Source of the DNA: Dickeya dadantii NCPPB 898
GTDB taxonomy: Bacteria; Pseudomonadota; Gammaproteobacteria; Enterobacterales; Enterobacteriaceae
NCBI RefSeq assembly: GCF_000406145.1
Contig: NZ_CM001976.1
Location: 3,041,337 to 3,073,336, forward strand
DNA length: 32,000 bases
Direction: 5' to 3'
Every line of letters starts with the position of its first letter. Position 1 is the first letter of the stretch. The notes beneath the pieces are model-generated. The model ran no database searches and was not told the origin of the DNA. It worked only from the letters and a program-made list of their open reading frames with translations. Positions 28,349-32,000 of the stretch are shown here, piece after piece. A program made the position numbers and the translations under genes.

Positions 28349-29626
28349 TTAATTGCGTTCAAAAGCCCCCAAATCCGGTGTGCTGCCTGAATAACTGATA
28401 TTGCTCTCTTTCGTACCCGCGTTAATCAGCTTTGAGTTAGCCGACAGACGGAACAGCGAGGTTTCCGGCAACGTGCCGTCATTATCACGAGATACGGTAG
28501 CCAGCGAGGTATCCAGGCTGACGAAATCGGACGCGGAAGCCGCCGGTCCCGTATCCCATGAGTTGGATTTCGCATCCGCGTTACTGACCGTTACAGAAGC
28601 AGACAGAGACACGTTGTTGCGGAAATAATGTTTCTGCCCTGACTGGACGTTGCTCCCGAAACCATAATTAATGCCGTTTTTATATGATGTGTTATTTATT
28701 ACCGTGACGCCGCCGGCGTTATTGTTCTGGTCAAAACCTTTGCTCACGTTGCCAAACGCGACGGAACGGGTAATGCGATGATTGCCGACCGCCTGGTTTC
28801 CTCCCAGCTTGAACCCATTGCCATTGCCGGCGAACGCGCTGTCATTCCAGTAATTAATACCGTTACGGAAAGCCCAGCTGTTTTCAATCACCACTTTTTG
28901 CGGACTGTCGAATAAGTCAAATCCGTCATCCGAGTTTTCCCAGGCGCGGCAACCGACGAAACGGTTACCCGGCCCCTGTTTTTGTTTTGGTCCAAAGCCA
29001 TCAGCCATGCTACCGTTCTTTTTAGGGTCATAATTACGGTAGGCGTCTGAATTAATTACCGTGTTGTATGAACCGCCGTTGTTGATTTCAAGGCCGGTAT
29101 TACGGTTATGATGGAACGCCGTATTCTCAAAGGTATTGTGGCTACCAATCACATAAGCCCCCTGATAACCGGCTCGTGTTACCTCAACGCCTTTGAAATA
29201 CCAGTAGTCGCCGGTCACATAAAACCCATAAGACGCCTGTACCCATTGGCTATCAGGGAATGAGAAGTCAAATACCGCCCGGCCGCAATTGGCGGCGGCC
29301 ACATAAATCGGCGCGCCATCTTTCCCGGATTTATTAAATGTGATCGTATTCCCTTTACCCTGAGTATAGGGAATGGTATAGGTTCCCGGTTTCAACAGAA
29401 TCAACTCACCGGGGTTAACAGCCGCCATAGCAGCGGAAAAGCTCATCGGCGCATTAAAGCTGCTGCCGTTATTGCTGCTGTTGCCATTTGGCGCAACATA
29501 ATAAATACGCTTGGTGCTAATTCCGCTAGTGAGATCCGAACTGCAATCCGCGGCCAGAACTGATGTACTGTTTACCAGAAAAAATGCTGCTAAGCCGGTA
29601 CTGATAAAGCAATTTAAATATTTCAT
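28349..29626 (-). CDS. pelL: Pectate lyase L (PL9 family, parallel beta-helix), secreted
   Basis: The track ORF starts at 29638. ATG 29626 is preceded by GAGG 6 nt upstream and gives 425 aa with a 25-aa signal peptide (MKYLNCFISTGLAAFFLVNSTSVLA). This matches the length I recall as published for E. chrysanthemi 3937 PelL. Beta-helix repeats are present (NNGGSYNTVINSDAYRN, ENSDDGFDL, GNGNGFKLGG). Confidence 0.9.
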   Translation of the reverse strand: MKYLNCFISTGLAAFFLVNSTSVLAADCSSDLTSGISTKRIYYVAPNGNSSNNGSSFNAPMSFSAAMAAVNPGELILLKPGTYTIPYTQGKGNTITFNKSGKDGAPIYVAAANCGRAVFDFSFPDSQWVQASYGFYVTGDYWYFKGVEVTRAGYQGAYVIGSHNTFENTAFHHNRNTGLEINNGGSYNTVINSDAYRNYDPKKNGSMADGFGPKQKQGPGNRFVGCRAWENSDDGFDLFDSPQKVVIENSWAFRNGINYWNDSAFAGNGNGFKLGGNQAVGNHRITRSVAFGNVSKGFDQNNNAGGVTVINNTSYKNGINYGFGSNVQSGQKHYFRNNVSLSASVTVSNADAKSNSWDTGPAASASDFVSLDTSLATVSRDNDGTLPETSLFRLSANSKLINAGTKESNISYSGSTPDLGAFERN

Positions 29627-29708
29627 CCTTTGCCTCATGATGTTGTAAAAATCATTTATCCATTGTCCTCAAGATGCATATTTCGGCAAATATCGTCAAG
29701 CGGGGAAA

Positions 29709-29727
29709 AGGCTGCGATCCGCAGCCT
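29709..29727 (-). terminator. Orphan terminator-like hairpin 83 bp upstream of the pelL start
   Basis: AGGCTGCG-atc-CGCAGCCT is a perfect 8-bp stem. The minus strand continues TTTCCCC. No annotated minus-strand gene ends here. Confidence 0.35.
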
Positions 29728-30315
29728 CTAAAATCGATAGCCCAATGAATCAGCCTGTCACTGTGAAATTACGTTGGAAGGGTACTATTCCTTCGGTTTT
29801 CCCTGAACAGAGGCTGTTCCGAGTACGTTGCATCCTGCATATTGAGGTGGCGTGAGTATACTACGTTTACGGTATATGAATACTGACTGCAGCCGAGTGA
29901 TATTCAACGGTTAAAGATATATATGCCATTCGCGGCGCATACGCCATGATAAAGCATCAGGAAAAATAAAAAATAAACCATTTCTCGCTCATCTAAATAA
30001 AAATCACATTATTAGTGTATTAATTTAATATTGAGAGCATCATCTATATGCAAATAGAATAACCATTATATTTAATAGCAGATAAAAATATTGCCACGCT
30101 GATGCCTTGCCGTCACCGTGACCGACAATGCCGATTGTCCATCCCCGCATTACCGCATCCTGTGTTTGCTGATAACTGAGCCATCACCCATCGCTGCCCA
30201 TCGCCATACGTCAACTGGTTTAATAACGGGCATATAACGCGAGACAACGCGTGAAAACATCCTGTTATCTCCGCCGTTATTACTCTGCCTGAAAAACCAA
30301 CGACTGGACTCACAC

Positions 30316-30627
30316 ATGAATGAAACTGATAAAAGCATCGTCTCTCTATTTATCATCGGCACACTGATTGCCGCCGGCAAAGTGCTGGCGAGCAGTGAGC
30401 CCATCACACTGCGGCTGTTTATTGGTCGCGTGATGCTGGGAGGTTTTGTCTCAATGATGGCAGGCATTGCGCTGGTACAGTTCCCTGACCTGTCGCCCGT
30501 TGCTATCAACGGCATTGGCGCCGCACTGGGCATCGCCGGCTACCAAACTATCGAACTGCTTATCCAACGCCGTGTTCGCCAGTTGGGCAAAAAAAACACA
30601 CCGGAGAAAAATAACGATGCTCAATAA
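30316..30627 (+). CDS. Phage holin (class I, three predicted TM helices, charged C-terminal tail)
   Basis: 103 aa. The hydrophobic segments are SIVSLFIIGTLIAAGKVLA, LRLFIGRVMLGGFVSMMAGIALV and VAINGIGAALGIAGYQTIELLI, followed by RRVRQLGKKNTPEKNNDAQ. It lies immediately upstream of the endolysin and overlaps it by 11 nt. Confidence 0.8.
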   Translation: MNETDKSIVSLFIIGTLIAAGKVLASSEPITLRLFIGRVMLGGFVSMMAGIALVQFPDLSPVAINGIGAALGIAGYQTIELLIQRRVRQLGKKNTPEKNNDAQ

Positions 30628-31105
30628 TCCTAACCTTATTGCGTTTTTGGACATGCTGGCTTTTTCCGAAGGGACCGCAACACATCCGCTCACCGGTAAT
30701 CGCGGCTACGATGTCATTGTTACCGGGATTGATGGCAAACCAGAGATTTTCACCGATTACCGGGATCATCCATTCGCCAATGGCCGTCCGGGAAAAATCT
30801 TCAATAAGCAGGGACAGCGCTCCACCGCTGCCGGGCGCTATCAACAGCTCTACCGCTACTGGCCAGCCTACAAAACACAGTTGGCGTTGCCGGATTTCGG
30901 ACCTGATTCGCAGGATACGCTGGCGATCCAGCTGATTCGGGAGCAACGCGCGTTGGACGACATTATGCAAGGCCGGCTTACCAGCGCCATTACCCGATGC
31001 AACAACATCTGGGCTTCGCTGCCGGGGGCTGGCTATGGTCAGCGTGAGCATAACGCCGAGCGGCTGATCGCCGTGTACCGGCAAGCGGGCGGAAAACTGG
31101 CATGA
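30617..31105 (+). CDS. Phage endolysin, lambda R-type lytic transglycosylase (GH104)
   Basis: The track ORF starts at 30467. ATG 30617 gives 162 aa, MLNNPNLIAFLDMLAFSEGT...GYDVIV...AAGRYQQL...CNNIWASLPGAGYGQREH, collinear with lambda R (AFLDMLAWSEGT, GYDVIV, GAGRYQLL, CSNIWASLPGAGYGQFEH). The catalytic Glu of the SEGT motif is retained. Confidence 0.92.
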   Translation: MLNNPNLIAFLDMLAFSEGTATHPLTGNRGYDVIVTGIDGKPEIFTDYRDHPFANGRPGKIFNKQGQRSTAAGRYQQLYRYWPAYKTQLALPDFGPDSQDTLAIQLIREQRALDDIMQGRLTSAITRCNNIWASLPGAGYGQREHNAERLIAVYRQAGGKLA

Positions 31106-31542
31106 AAAGCGCCATGATCATCGCTGCCATCATGATGACGCTTAGCGCTGGGGTCGGCGTGCAGTCCTGGCGGTTGCACAACACCCGCCAGTTAACCGAA
31201 CAGCAAGCGCAGACACTGTCGTTGCAACAGACCGCGCTGGATGAAAAATCCGGCCAGTTGAAAGCATTGTCCGAGCAAGCTGAACGCAACAATCTTGAGC
31301 AGGCGCGGCTGCGCGACATGGCCGCCGAGACGCAGGCAGCGCTCTCTGAACGGCAAAAAATGGTGATGAGGTTACAACATGAAAACGACGCGCTTAAACG
31401 CTGGGCTGACACTGACCTGCCTGCTGATATTATCCGGCTGCGTCAGCACCCCGCCTTCGCCGGTGGTCGCGCTTACCGTGAATGGTTGTCCCAGACTGAC
31501 GCCATGTCGGTTCCCGGCGGCCAGTCCGCAAACCAACGGTGA
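31102..31542 (+). CDS. Rz-like inner-membrane spanin (i-spanin)
   Basis: 146 aa. It has an N-terminal TM anchor (MKSAMIIAAIMMTLSAGVGV) and a Gln/Glu/Leu-rich coiled-coil periplasmic domain. Its ATGA start overlaps the endolysin stop, the canonical position after the endolysin. Confidence 0.85.
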   Translation: MKSAMIIAAIMMTLSAGVGVQSWRLHNTRQLTEQQAQTLSLQQTALDEKSGQLKALSEQAERNNLEQARLRDMAAETQAALSERQKMVMRLQHENDALKRWADTDLPADIIRLRQHPAFAGGRAYREWLSQTDAMSVPGGQSANQR

Positions 31543-31717
31543 GCTGAATAGTCTGCTGGATGAAACTGAAGCTGCGCTGGCGACTTGCGCCGACCAGGTG
31601 GATGCCATTATTGCCTGCCAGGCAAAAAGCGATGCAACGCCCGGCGCCACTGTCGCATCAGGGAAACAAACGGGCAAACAGGATTCGACAGGAATTGGTA
31701 CGCCGGCGCCACAATGA
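31379..31717 (+). CDS. Rz1-like outer-membrane lipoprotein spanin (o-spanin), overlapping the i-spanin in the +1 frame
   Basis: 112 aa. It has a signal peptide with the lipobox LLILSGC followed by the Pro-rich STPPSPV.... It starts 164 nt before the Rz stop and extends 175 nt beyond it, an overlapped architecture as in P2 LysB/LysC. Confidence 0.75.
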   Translation: MKTTRLNAGLTLTCLLILSGCVSTPPSPVVALTVNGCPRLTPCRFPAASPQTNGELNSLLDETEAALATCADQVDAIIACQAKSDATPGATVASGKQTGKQDSTGIGTPAPQ

Positions 31718-32000
31718 TCTCGTCTTTAAGGCCGGGTAAGCCATTGGAAGATAACGTTGGGAAACGATGTTTCAGACTTGGATGTCAGGGCGACTGAGCC
31801 AGGAAACTGAGGTATTCCCATTCAAGTCAGTCGCTCATAGCTCCCCCCCAAATCAGGTCGTGTTTTCTCTGGTGCCGTCAGGCCGTTATCAAAGAGTTCG
31901 CTATTTATAAGCCTATGCTTTTTCGTTCGGCCGCACAGCTTTTCTCTGACAGAACCTTTCAACGAATTTTTATGCTTTTCAGAACAGTGCATTGGGGTCG

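Larger units (their letters stand above)
30316..31717 (+). mobile_element. Phage-derived lysis module (holin, endolysin, i-spanin, o-spanin); remnant or edge of a prophage/tailocin locus
   Basis: Four tightly coupled phage lysis genes. No other phage genes are visible on the left, where 680 bp of AT-rich non-coding DNA is followed by pelL. Only ~280 bp is visible on the right. Confidence 0.6.

Noticed and set aside
29940-30060. Search for a KdgR operator upstream of pelL in the A/T-rich stretch (aataaaaaataaaccatttctc, aaatcacattattagtgta)
   Set aside because: I found no convincing match to the KdgR palindrome as I remember it. This agrees with my recollection that pelL is KdgR-independent.
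30113-31677. Minus-strand ORFs (66, 127, 80, 174, 140, 101 aa) and plus-strand ORF 30639-30935 across the lysis cassette
   Set aside because: They are antisense or out-of-frame to the homology-supported holin, endolysin and spanin genes. No start signals or family resemblance.

Overview
The window reads as a soft-rot Enterobacterales chromosome, most likely Dickeya. The endoglucanase at 26999-28279 and the PL9 pectate lyase at 28349-29626 match what I recall of Dickeya dadantii / Erwinia chrysanthemi CelZ and PelL. This is recognition from memory, with no database search. Positions 1-19020 form one contiguous flagellar/chemotaxis block. It contains flgE (partial)-flgD-flgC-flgB on the minus strand and divergent flgA-flgM-flgN on the plus strand. 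The minus strand then carries flhE-flhA-flhB, cheZ-cheY-cheB-cheR, a 727-bp non-coding gap, a Tsr-like MCP, cheW-cheA-motB-motA and the master operon flhC-flhD. Three strong sigma28 (FliA) promoters can be read directly: upstream of flgM, inside the 3' end of flhC for motA, and in the gap upstream of cheR. The flhDC control region carries a perfect CRP site and an RcsAB-box-like palindrome. Positions 19643-32000 are a mosaic accessory block: a YqhD-like alcohol dehydrogenase, a second MCP whose N-terminal transmembrane helix is out of frame at a T6 run, a CigR-like/VOC/small-protein trio, a YeeO-like MATE exporter, cytochrome b562, celZ, pelL, and an intact phage-type lysis cassette (holin, lambda-R-type endolysin, overlapping i-/o-spanins) with no other phage genes visible. 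I found no tRNA, rRNA, CRISPR array or IS element. I see no convincing novel multi-gene system. The most second-look-worthy items are the context-less lysis cassette beside the secreted cell-wall-degrading enzyme genes, the frameshifted MCP, the unexplained 727-bp gap with its own sigma28 promoter, and an orphan terminator in the AT-rich region upstream of pelL.
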